Shown: one piece after another, positions 1-9,136 of the stretch | How the letters are laid out: every line of letters starts with the position of its first letter | How positions within the stretch are numbered: the stretch's first letter is position 1 | Source: Caecitellus pseudoparvulus | Taxonomy: Eukaryota > Protista > Bigyra: Bicosoecida | Reading direction: 5' to 3' | DNA length: 43,787 nt | Assembly: GCA_965644315.1 (NCBI GenBank) | Contig: CBFFRQ010000199.1 | Span: forward strand, 1-43,787 | Program-made: the position numbers and the translations under genes | Notes under the pieces: model-generated | Database searches by the model: none | Told to the model about the DNA's origin: nothing | What the model saw: the letters and a program-made list of their open reading frames with translations, nothing else

Positions 1-14
1 TTGGTGGATCAAGG
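1..14 (+). repeat. inner part of left terminal inverted repeat
   Basis: First 11 nt are a perfect inverted match to 4505-4515; 13/14 match to 4502-4515. Confidence 0.7.
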
Positions 15-280
15 CGAGATACCAACGGCTTGTGTCAATCCTGTGAGATCAACACATCGACTTAGAATCTTTCTATGTTTGCGCTAGTTGACTGTCGGGA
101 AAAAGAGAATGTACCATGCCTGAGGAACTGTTTTAGCCATTTTGGCGAGATCAACGAGCCGAACCTTGATTTTTTGCCCCAGGCGTTAGTGAGAAAGGGG
201 TCGCACGCTGTCGAGACAGGAAATCAACCCTGAGAGAGTCAGCACTGCAAGAGCGGCGATTAGGACTCTGGAAATCAAGC
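6..280 (+). repeat. subterminal short repeats, core ATCAA (GAGATCAAC twice)
   Basis: gagatcaac at 45-53 and 147-155; ggcgagataccaacg at 13-27 versus ggcgagatcaacg at 144-156; ATCAA also at 8-12, 223-227 and 274-278, and inverted at 166-170. Confidence 0.45.
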
Positions 281-320
281 ATTGGTACAATTATTCGGGT
301 GTTGTGGCATTTTCGAGGCA

Positions 321-2465
321 ATGGAGTCCACCCAATCACGCTTGGTGCAGCCGAGCGTTTCTGTCACCCCGACAACGGCAGCATCCGTTGAGCGACGGGC
401 CTCTGCGCCACATTCTGCATGTTGCGTGATTCAACATGTCGGTCACAAGTTGATCAAAAGGGTATACCATAAAACACAAAAGCTGCGGGGCACGAAACGT
501 CGCAACATCGACCGCAACGACTCGATGGAGGGGGCCAGGCTGCACCCCAAAATCCGCAAGGGGACACCCACCTACGAATTCCTCACATCGGGCGAGTGCC
601 TCACCTTCATGCGCATGAGAGCAAGAAATTTAGCCAAAGCCCTCTCTGGCTTGATATCGGACAGCTTCTTGAGGTGGAACGCCCTCAGGGACATCCAGAA
701 TGGGCGTGAAGCCGACCTCTTGCTCGGGGTGATGATGGTGTGTGCCGGGCGCAACCGCCAAGAGATCACGTCTAGGCTGAGCATTGCCGCTACTACTCTC
801 CAAGACAGCATTCCTCGGTTGATTCCAGTGCTGAAGACCTTCTTTTACAAAGCGCTGCCCTGGGCAGTGCTTCCAGAGCACCGCAGAGAGGCGCTTTCCT
901 TCCATGGTGGACTGGCTCCAGGGCTGGTAGGGTTCGTAGACGGCCTGACATGGGAGACGAAAGCAACTTCTTCAGACAAAGAGAACCGCATCTGGTACAG
1001 CAACCACCACTCGATGTACGGGTACAACTTTCTGTTGTTCTGCAGTGTTTCGGGGAGGGTTATATGGATCGAACCCATGGGCAAGGGCAACACAGTGTCT
1101 GAGATTGCAGCCGCGCGACGAGCAACCGAGCGCATGCTGCGCTCAGGCGCCATCAAGCAAGGCGAGTACTTTGTCGGTGACGGTGTATTCCAGGGAGTCA
1201 GGCCTGCTGTGCGGCACCTTCCGGGCAACAAGGCGTTGGAGAAGATGGCGGCCCGAGTTCAGTCTCTGTGGGTCTCCTCGCCAGCCCCTGGCTCTCTGCA
1301 TTCTCCACGGGACTTGGCAAGAGCAACGGCTTCCGCCCTGGCACACAAAACTGTGCAGCGTAAGATCTTCGTGTCAGGTCGCCAGGTTGTCGAGAACTGT
1401 GTGAAGGAGTTCAAGACGGTGTGTGGTCTCGTCCGATCGTCCAGTGTCAGACCATTGCAAGCGCAAACCAAGGAAAAAGAGATCAGAGACATGGGGTACA
1501 TTACTGCTGGGATGCTCGCTTTCCAACAAGCAGAGGGGCACCGGGTTCCTCGGTCAGAGCAGTGGCTCCACATCCGCGGTTCGCGTCAGCCAGCACTCGT
1601 CCTGTTTGAGCTGTTTGCATCCTTGGCTGGAGATTGTCCTGCTTCTAATCGCCGTGACAGTGAACTTGACGCAAGCCTTCCGAGCGGCATCGCGAAACGA
1701 AGGAGCGTATCTTTTCTTCATGACGTCTTACGGCTGCTTCGCGGGGCCGAGTTGGGTACGGCCGGGAGGCCTTCACTGGAACGAAGCGATATTGAGGCTG
1801 CTACTCAGCTGCAGCAAGTGCTCGCCTGGTCGGAACAAGGGAACTTGTCTCCTCTTGTAAGTGGCATTTTGTGCGGTGGTCTCACAGAACTTGGCAGGCT
1901 GAAAAAGCAGCGCAGGCAGGTAGCTGTCTCGCCACGCTCTGGTGTCGCATCCCCTGGGGGGGCCTCCTCTCCTGGCATCATGACATCGCCACACTCTCCA
2001 CCTGGATACTGCCGCCCCGCCAAGACTGACGACGACAAGGTACGCCCACAGGAAGTCATGGATCTTGAAAAGCTGTGGGGTGCTGCAGCAGACAAGGCTG
2101 CTCTTGCCGGCAAGCCAGTTGTAGTCGGCAAGTACAATCATGATCCTGAGCTGTCCTACCCTCGTGGGATCGTCTACGCTCTTATTGAACCCACTCGAGA
2201 CACCGCCACTTTTGAGGAGTCAGAAGAGGCGTATGATGTGTGGTACTATGACAAGTACGGAGATGAACTCCTCGAGACCCTCCCTGATGGGCAGACCGGA
2301 GGGCACTTGCTCACATCCCTCCTTGAAGCAGAGACCCGCGACGTGGCAAAGAAAGACTACACGTGGCTCCCACCAGAGCACTTCAAGGAGGACTTTGACG
2401 GGAGTCAGCTTGTCGCGTACATGATGGATTGTCAGTCCTACAACTACGGCTACGTGAACGAGTGA
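321..2465 (+). CDS. Harbinger/IS5-like DDE transposase (714 aa from ATG 321) with N-terminal HTH and long C-terminal extension
   Basis: HTH-like segment LLLGVMMVCAGRNRQEITSRLSIAATTLQDSI. Catalytic-core motifs GFVDG, WYSNHH, CSVSGRVIWI..GKGN, YFVGDGVF and RQVVENCVKEFK occur in DDE_Tnp_4 order. Basic NLS-like KRVYHKTQKLRGTKRR. The ORF-track start at 282 is a non-ATG codon. Confidence 0.85.
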   Translation: MESTQSRLVQPSVSVTPTTAASVERRASAPHSACCVIQHVGHKLIKRVYHKTQKLRGTKRRNIDRNDSMEGARLHPKIRKGTPTYEFLTSGECLTFMRMRARNLAKALSGLISDSFLRWNALRDIQNGREADLLLGVMMVCAGRNRQEITSRLSIAATTLQDSIPRLIPVLKTFFYKALPWAVLPEHRREALSFHGGLAPGLVGFVDGLTWETKATSSDKENRIWYSNHHSMYGYNFLLFCSVSGRVIWIEPMGKGNTVSEIAAARRATERMLRSGAIKQGEYFVGDGVFQGVRPAVRHLPGNKALEKMAARVQSLWVSSPAPGSLHSPRDLARATASALAHKTVQRKIFVSGRQVVENCVKEFKTVCGLVRSSSVRPLQAQTKEKEIRDMGYITAGMLAFQQAEGHRVPRSEQWLHIRGSRQPALVLFELFASLAGDCPASNRRDSELDASLPSGIAKRRSVSFLHDVLRLLRGAELGTAGRPSLERSDIEAATQLQQVLAWSEQGNLSPLVSGILCGGLTELGRLKKQRRQVAVSPRSGVASPGGASSPGIMTSPHSPPGYCRPAKTDDDKVRPQEVMDLEKLWGAAADKAALAGKPVVVGKYNHDPELSYPRGIVYALIEPTRDTATFEESEEAYDVWYYDKYGDELLETLPDGQTGGHLLTSLLEAETRDVAKKDYTWLPPEHFKEDFDGSQLVAYMMDCQSYNYGYVNE

Positions 2466-2470
2466 AACAA

Positions 2471-4167
2471 TCACGGGGAGTCAGAGTGCCCTCGGCGGCG
2501 TCTGTTGTATCTCGCTACGTCTTGGAGAAATGCATCTCCTGTGCTTGGCACGTTGTCAGTGAAGTTTGGGCGAGTTCTCTTGTGACCGCCAATGGTGGGG
2601 CGGTCCGAAGCCTCGGGTGAAGGAGTTGGGGCGGGACCACCTAATCCTTCTTGCCGCATCGCACCAGAAGAGCTCGGTGGGGCACGAGAAGAAGATGGTG
2701 ACCTCGAAGCACTTGCAGTGTCAGCGGGAATGTGCCCAGTTTGTGAAGAAGCTATGACACTGAGGAGCTCCACAGCTCTCCTCTGATCTGCCCGGCCCTG
2801 GTCCACTTTGTCCACGAGCAGCACGAGCATCTCTGCCATTTTCTCGAATGGTGCAAGAAGGGCAATCGCATCACGAGCAAAAGCATTTACTGCCGAAGAA
2901 ATGCCCATCCCCACCAGCGCCGATTGACGCGCAGCTTCTGCTCGGGCAGCACGTTGCGCATCGGGCTCCACGGGCTCTTCCCCAGGCTGTGACTGTCCGG
3001 CCAGATCGTGCGAGTCATGAGGCAGATGAGGATTCTCGAGCAACGCGCTGTGGCTTTGGGTGCTACTCGCAAAAGACGAATCCAAGGAGCTCTCTCCGCT
3101 GCCCTCAACTGGACCCAGCCCTCCGGTGGGCGGCGTGGGTTGGGGGGCGGGTGCTTGCCCCAGAGATATCCCGAGGGAGGGGACAGTAGGAACGTTGCTG
3201 GCACTTCCTTGCGATTCTTGACTTACAGCTGACCCTTGGATTCCGGGTGGCCCCAGTGAACCCTGCTGGGTGTGGAGTGTTTGCATCGGCAAGCCAACAG
3301 CGTGGCTCTGGACCTGCGTGAAGGTTGCCAGGCTCGCACGAGGGGCGTTGTGGAGGTCCAAGAGTCTGCGGACCAACCACATGTCAATGAGAGCATGAAA
3401 GGAAATAGGTACGATGTCCTCGTAAACACGGAACATGGTCTGCACCATGTCCGCGACGGTTGGGTAAACAGTCCGGCTGGTGCTCGGTAGGCCTCGCATG
3501 GCACATGCCTTGTCCCACAGCTCAGTGAACACGTCTTGGAACTCAGCGTGTGCCTTGTTCAGGTTCTTCCTTGTTGCATGGTAAAACATGCAGTGGGTAG
3601 CATGAAACACGGCTGATGCATGTGCCTTGCACTTCGGCCGGGAGCACAGTCCATGACTGTCCAGCTTCTGGAAGGAGAATTCGGGGATGAGAGCGGGGTC
3701 CAATACAAAGACGGGGGCATTTCTGTTCGAAAGGCGCAGGATTGCGTCGCCCAGGATGTGTCCATCCACGGGGATGCCCAATTCAGAGAGCATGGTAGCT
3801 GGACTTTGTAGGTTGTTTGCACCACTCGGGTCAAAGGGGCGCTCCCGAGACAGACAAGAGAAGGAAAGTGACCCAGGAGTTGTGCCCAACATGCCCCCCG
3901 TCACTGGGGCGTCCTTTGTGTTGTAGAGAATCGCCTATTTGGCAAAGGAGGGGGGGAAGTGTGACGGTATGCGTAGCGATTTCCGCACACCGTTTCAAAC
4001 CCTCACAGCTGCAAGAATGGTGTGCTCCGGTGGACTCAATGCAGTCCCCCTTTGTGACTTCGCACGCCGATCTAGCCTCCCTTGGGCTTGAAGTCCCGCC
4101 TGCTTTCACGGTAGGGGAGACCTTGACCTGTGAGCAACGCTCAAAATCTTGCCGTTATGCTCACCAT
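2471..4167 (-). CDS. transposon accessory protein (~519 aa), probable divergent Myb/SANT-like DNA-binding protein; exons 4167-4165, 4099-4007, 3934-2471
   Basis: The ORF 2471-3904 extends to a polypyrimidine+TAG acceptor at 3935. Two phase-0 GT-AG introns of 65 and 72 nt give MAGLQAQGRLDRRAKSQRGTALSPPEHTILAAAILYN, resembling Myb/trihelix helix 1. The C-half is low-complexity, followed by a helical segment and a basic tail. The position is typical of the Harbinger second gene. Confidence 0.6.
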
Positions 4168-4501
4168 TCAAACTGTGCTCGAGACTTGCTGAGGAAAGTA
4201 CCAAGACCAAGGCACTGAGTGGCAATTCAGTGCAAAGCGGAGAAACAGATGAGTATCCGTTTTAGGCGAACGAGCGGGCCTACGTTGCGCTGGGGCAGGG
4301 CTGCCGATCGAGACACGAGCACAAACGGCTACAAACACCCGCGTACTGCCGCACCCTCAGTTGCACGAAAAAAAGAACACCCAACAAGGCATACATGAGT
4401 GGATGGGAGGCGCTGGTAAATTCATATTGCACAACACCTCCTCACTGTGGAAATCGACTCCGCTGGTGACAAATCACAGGGGCCCCTGGAGTTCAAACCA
4501 A

Positions 4502-4529
4502 CCCTGATCCACCAATCCGTGACGCACCC
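4502..4529 (-). repeat. right terminal inverted repeat (predicted terminus GGGTGCGTCACGGATTGGTGGATCAGGG on the minus strand)
   Basis: Inner half matches window positions 1-14. The outer limit is inferred from the CCC end and cannot be confirmed inside this window. Confidence 0.6.
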
Positions 4530-4832
4530 TCAGGGCCGTGAAGCTTGGCGCAAGGCTGTCCCACAGGATTCTGTGAGCAAACAAAGACCATCTCCGTTAC
4601 TCACCCACAGCCTCCCACGTGCATGTGGCGTCCATGTCGAAGTGGACGGCACTTCACAGCCCCGAGCACCACCATGCTGCGTGGCTTGTCTGTGCCAGCT
4701 CCTTTATGTGGGCGTGTCGAGGGCCATCACCAGCGATACTGAGCTCCAACGTGCTCACCAAGCCCAAGCAAAAAACAGAAACACATGGATTAGTGTTGGA
4801 GCTTGCACGCCGGGATCAACTTTCGAGCGTGT

Positions 4833-7121
4833 ATGCTAAACATGAGCGGTGTGCCGCTCGGGGCGGCTGGTGTGGCATCGCCTCAGGCTGTTGGCGAGGC
4901 AGGGCCACGTGAATCCCCTTTGCAGGAAGTTGGACGTCCTTCGAAGACCAGCACGGAGGCTAGAAAGCGGCCTCGGTATGGAGTCGCGTGCATTGCGGCT
5001 GGGATTGTTGTTATGCTTCTGGGCTCGTCTTTTGTGGTTTCGTACGCAAGCGGGCCAAGTGGAGGTCTGGCCGGGACGCTGGAGAGGATCTCCGTTTGGC
5101 CCCGAGCACGGAGCGAGGCGCAGCCTTGCACAGAACCAGGCGGCCAACACCCACCGAATGCTACTGAGTCATGCGGCTCCGCTTCGATTGGGTCACTGAG
5201 AGGGCGGGATGGCTGCTGCGAGGTTGGGCAAGAAGTGGAGACAATGGAAAACCTACGCCCGGGCATAGCTTTGGACAGCGGCTCAACGATGTCGCCGACT
5301 CCACCTCCCGAGGGGAGAGAAGCAGACTTCATCTCCATGCTGAATTTTTCGATGAGACGAACTGAGGTTGGCACATGGTCTGTGGTGCAGCCTCCTTGGC
5401 TCGCGGAAGCACTGACACCCACCCTGACACCTGCCAGTGCGCCGGCCAGACTAGACTGGCACTCCGTGTGCAAAGGTACAGCTGCTGATCACTCTACAAC
5501 TCACCCTACCGAGCCTGTGGACGGCGGTGTTCGGATCAGGCAAGGAAGCCACTTCTCCGGTGAACCCCATGAGCTGTATCGTCAGATGGCGCGAGGGTTG
5601 TGTGTTGTGTTGCTGCAGCACCCGTCCACAACACTACCCTCAGGCGAAGCTATGCCTGCAGAGACTATACGATTCCCCCACAACGATTGGTGGGCCCCTG
5701 TGGACCCCTGGGACTCTTGGGCTACAACCCGTGCGGTCTGGGCAGAGTACCTCAAGTCTCAATCTCTACCAGGCCGCATGGTGCTGACCGAGCCCCTTAC
5801 GCGCCGCTCCCATGCAAGCATTGTGGTCTTGCGTAACCCCCTGCTGTGGCCTGAAGGCTTCGCTTTCAGCAGAGCGGCCACGCTTGGCGGGGGAGGCTGT
5901 CGGGAGTGGTCCTACTTCCAGAAGGAAGGGGACTTCATCGCCGGCTTGGGGCCACCTGCCCAGGCAAAACCTGAGGGTCAGCCCATCACTGTCAAAGGGC
6001 TCAAGCAAGAAAGAATCCCACACATCAACGGGACTGTTCTGCATGTGAACATGCTGTGGCAGTCTGGCCACTACCACTACATGTCTGAGCTCTTGCCGCG
6101 CATCTGGATCTCGAGGGCACTGTTGCTGAAGGATACTTCAATTGTCATAACAACAGGGAGCGCCATTTCAGGCACGCTTCGAGAAGCTATGGATCTGTTT
6201 GGCGTCTCTCCAAGCCGCCTACGTATCATGACGTCCCCTTTCACGTCAGATTGGGCCGTGGTACCTTCTGGATCGGGGTGCACCACAACGTCACCAGCTT
6301 TGCAAGAGCTGTCCACGATGGGAGACTATATCCTCTCTAGTGCTCTGCAGAAGGAGGCACAAAACACGAACGCACCCTATGCAACTGTTGTAAAGAGTTT
6401 GATTGATGGGATGGTGCAGAGCAAGTCGTCTCCCCTTCCGCAGCCTTCGGTTCTGTCAAGGGGTTCGCCGCCCCCGCGGGAGGCGATGCCGAGCATGCAG
6501 CACGTGTGGAATATTTCGGAACATACCATGCACGACTACAATCGCAGCTACTTACGCATTCCAGAGCAGCTGAGAGTTATGCTTCCCGACGATTTGCTGC
6601 CTGCTGGCCCGGTGCCCGGTCGTGTCATTCCTCGCGATGCCAGCCGAACTGCGGCCGTGCGGTCATTCGACGCCGCAGTGACGGCCCTCCCACGTCCTTT
6701 GGTGCTCGTCATTCATCGCACTGCCAAGCGGCTTCTGGGAAATGAAGGTGAGGTTTTGGAGTGGATCCACGATGTGCTGCCCGATGCTGATGTGCTGCTA
6801 TATAAGTCACTGCCGTTGGGACAGCAAGCCATGGCTTTCCGCATGGCGGCACTGATCGTGGCACCGCACGGGGCAGGGCTCATCAATGTGATATTTTGCA
6901 AGGCTGATACGCCTGTTGTAGAAGTGCACACCGGACAGTCAGAGAAGGAACCGAACCTCTCTCCGTGGCCGGCAGTGTACTCGCAGCTGACCCGGGGGAT
7001 GGGGAGTGCGTACTTTGTGCTCATGGCCCCAGGCACGAGCTCTACGATGCACGTTAGCGAAGGCCCATTCAAGGACATGGTCAGGCGAGCTTGGGCGTTG
7101 TCTTGGTGGCACAGTGCGTAG
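4833..7121 (+). CDS. glycosyltransferase family 61 (DUF563) type II membrane protein, 762 aa, intronless
   Basis: Single N-terminal TM (GVACIAAGIVVMLLGSSFVVSYA) and a Pro/Ser-rich stem. GT61 motifs GHYHYMSELLPRI, IHRTAKRLLGNEGEV and QQAMAFRMAALIVAPHGAGLINVIFC..TPVVEV. Confidence 0.85.
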   Translation: MLNMSGVPLGAAGVASPQAVGEAGPRESPLQEVGRPSKTSTEARKRPRYGVACIAAGIVVMLLGSSFVVSYASGPSGGLAGTLERISVWPRARSEAQPCTEPGGQHPPNATESCGSASIGSLRGRDGCCEVGQEVETMENLRPGIALDSGSTMSPTPPPEGREADFISMLNFSMRRTEVGTWSVVQPPWLAEALTPTLTPASAPARLDWHSVCKGTAADHSTTHPTEPVDGGVRIRQGSHFSGEPHELYRQMARGLCVVLLQHPSTTLPSGEAMPAETIRFPHNDWWAPVDPWDSWATTRAVWAEYLKSQSLPGRMVLTEPLTRRSHASIVVLRNPLLWPEGFAFSRAATLGGGGCREWSYFQKEGDFIAGLGPPAQAKPEGQPITVKGLKQERIPHINGTVLHVNMLWQSGHYHYMSELLPRIWISRALLLKDTSIVITTGSAISGTLREAMDLFGVSPSRLRIMTSPFTSDWAVVPSGSGCTTTSPALQELSTMGDYILSSALQKEAQNTNAPYATVVKSLIDGMVQSKSSPLPQPSVLSRGSPPPREAMPSMQHVWNISEHTMHDYNRSYLRIPEQLRVMLPDDLLPAGPVPGRVIPRDASRTAAVRSFDAAVTALPRPLVLVIHRTAKRLLGNEGEVLEWIHDVLPDADVLLYKSLPLGQQAMAFRMAALIVAPHGAGLINVIFCKADTPVVEVHTGQSEKEPNLSPWPAVYSQLTRGMGSAYFVLMAPGTSSTMHVSEGPFKDMVRRAWALSWWHSA

Positions 7122-8051
7122 TGAGCTGGCCGCCGCCTGAGATGCCAAGGACCATCGCTTGCTTGGGCGATGGTGTGCCCAGAGAGCAAGTGAGGGCGAT
7201 GAAAAGCTCACGAAAGCGCACATAAATGTGCGAGATTCTGCGGTACGGTGCCTTGTCTGACTGAGCAAGCCTTTGACCACCCTGGCTTCGCGCTTGACGA
7301 GTTGACGTCTTGTGCAGGCTGCCGAAAAGATTCACAGACTTGGCCCTCGAGGTCGAAGTTCCGATTCCAATCACGGCATTGAGTTCCTTTCAAGTTACAC
7401 GTTCTGGCAACTCAGCAAGGTATCTCTGTCCAAGCCAATGCACATTTGATGGATACGGTTCAATTGAAACGTTCTCGCCCACCTGCATGTCGCGGAGCGT
7501 CTTGGAGGCCTATTGATGAGTGCTACCAGGAACACAAACAAAACTATCACTAAAAGTGTTCATATACTCATTTTTGGCCACTAGCACCTGCGATTCCTGC
7601 CTGCTTGGCTGCAACACTGCAGTCCCTCATTGGCTGGCTCTGTCTCAACAACACGGCAGGTGCTGAGAGGTGGAGCTGGCAAACCCAGGGCTGTCGGGGG
7701 GAGGAGGGGGTGAGACAGCACACTGTCGAGTGCAGTATCACCCTGATGTCACTTTTATCCTGATTGTCTTGCTTCCTAGGTAGATACGGACCCTGTGCAG
7801 ACTTGGAGCACCCCCCCCTTCCGATGTGGAAATACTCCACGGTTTGGGGTGCAAGATGCTGAAACTGCCGAAATCGAATTAAACTACCACCAATCAGCGT
7901 CAGCTACACTGAAAAGAAAATGGCTCGTGAAGCTGGCACGGACGGCGCTGCAAGTTGACGATGAGGTGGACGGCAGAAATCAACAACAAATCTCCAGTGC
8001 ACCCTGCACTTTGTAGCGAGAGAAGCACGCAAACCAGTGCAAACTGCTTCC

Positions 8052-8972
8052 TCATGCAATAGCAGTCGATAATCTGAGGAGCAATAGTGACCTCCGCCCA
8101 TTGCGCGTGCTCGTGCCGCTCCAGGCAGCGTCCTTGGCTGCCTGCACGGCAATGCCCCCTGCCGCTCGCCAAGTCTGCGCGGGTATAGCTCGGCGGCCTG
8201 TCAACGCCATCAATTCCCGCAAAACGCCGTGGTGCTGCTTCCTACACGCAACTCTGAAGCCGTTTTCAGGCCCGCCGAACCCACTCGCATGAACGTCAAC
8301 CTCTCGATCGCCCGACAGAGCCAGTAGCTCGCGAACCACAGCAACACGGCCGCACAGGCAGGCTCCTCTGAAGCCAGCCTCAGGTCCAGCCCAGTCCACA
8401 GCGTGTACGTTCACTGCCCTGTCTCCCGTCTGGGCCAGCAACACCTTCACAAGTGCAACATGTCCACGTGCACAAGCACTTCGAAACGCAGCCTCCCCCC
8501 CGGCATGCACATCTACTGACCGGTCACCCGTCAGAGCCAAAAGCTCACTCACAATGTCGACATGGCCTTGTGAGCATGCGTAACGGAAGCAAACTTCAGG
8601 TCCCTGCCAATCATGAACGTGCACGTCGATGGTGCGCGGGCCCCGCAACGAAAGCAGCTCCCGCACCACACCCACGTGACCATTGTGGCAAGCCCCACGG
8701 AAGGCTGCCTCTTTTTCGTCTTTGCCGCCCTCGTGTACGTCCACTGCCTGGCTGCCGCCCAGCGCGAGCAGCTCACGCACGAGCGCCTCGTGCCCAACAC
8801 GACACGCCACCACAAAGCCAGCAGTCGTCTCTGCACTTGATAGCACCTCCACAGCACTCCCGCAGCTTACTCCGTCGCCACACAGCATGTGCATCAGTGC
8901 TTCAGCATCATCACCCTCACACGCAGCACGCCAGCGAGCCGCATACCCGGCCGCACCTGCCTCAGCCGCCAT
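8052..8972 (-). CDS. ankyrin-like repeat protein, copy D (306 aa, 6 repeats)
   Basis: Repeats of the form VDVHxxxxxGPEAxFRxACxxGHxxVVRELLALxGxR. Start placed at MAAEAG because the ~23 nt upstream of this ATG are shared with the upstream of ATG 13982. Confidence 0.8.
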   Translation of the reverse strand: MAAEAGAAGYAARWRAACEGDDAEALMHMLCGDGVSCGSAVEVLSSAETTAGFVVACRVGHEALVRELLALGGSQAVDVHEGGKDEKEAAFRGACHNGHVGVVRELLSLRGPRTIDVHVHDWQGPEVCFRYACSQGHVDIVSELLALTGDRSVDVHAGGEAAFRSACARGHVALVKVLLAQTGDRAVNVHAVDWAGPEAGFRGACLCGRVAVVRELLALSGDREVDVHASGFGGPENGFRVACRKQHHGVLRELMALTGRRAIPAQTWRAAGGIAVQAAKDAAWSGTSTRNGRRSLLLLRLSTAIA

Positions 8973-9136
8973 GGCGTGGTGGCTCAGATTCCGCACCCAC
9001 CCCTCCCTCTGCGACGCCAACCGCACCAGCAAGGCCGAAACCTGCACACCCAGCATGCCTTCCACCACACAATGCTAGATGCAACTGAATTGTGCCGCTG
9101 TCAATGCCCCCTCACACCACGCCAAGCCACCCCCCT

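Larger units (their letters stand above)
1..4529. mobile_element. PIF/Harbinger-superfamily (PHIS) DNA transposon, two convergent genes, left end truncated by about 14 bp at the window edge
   Basis: Contains a DDE_Tnp_4-type transposase and a convergent second gene whose stop codon lies 5 bp away. Positions 1-14 (ttggtggatcaagg) match the reverse complement of 4502-4515 (ttggtggatcaggg) at 13/14. The right end reads ...tccgtgacgcaccc followed by tca (or ...ccct followed by cag), consistent with GGG-type termini and 3-bp TSDs. Confidence 0.8.

Noticed and set aside
7151-7174. Hairpin accatcgc/gcgatggt just after the GT61 stop
   Set aside because: An 8-bp stem without a U-tract in a eukaryote; not a supportable terminator.
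7081-7509. Minus-strand frame of about 143 codons with a single internal TGA, possible pseudogene or readthrough
   Set aside because: No recognisable motif, it overlaps the GT61 end, and such frames are common by chance in this GC-rich DNA.
4533-8050. GT61 as cargo of the transposon or of a second element starting gggccgtg at 4533
   Set aside because: The right TIR lies before the gene, and I found no inverted copy of the 4533 sequence downstream.
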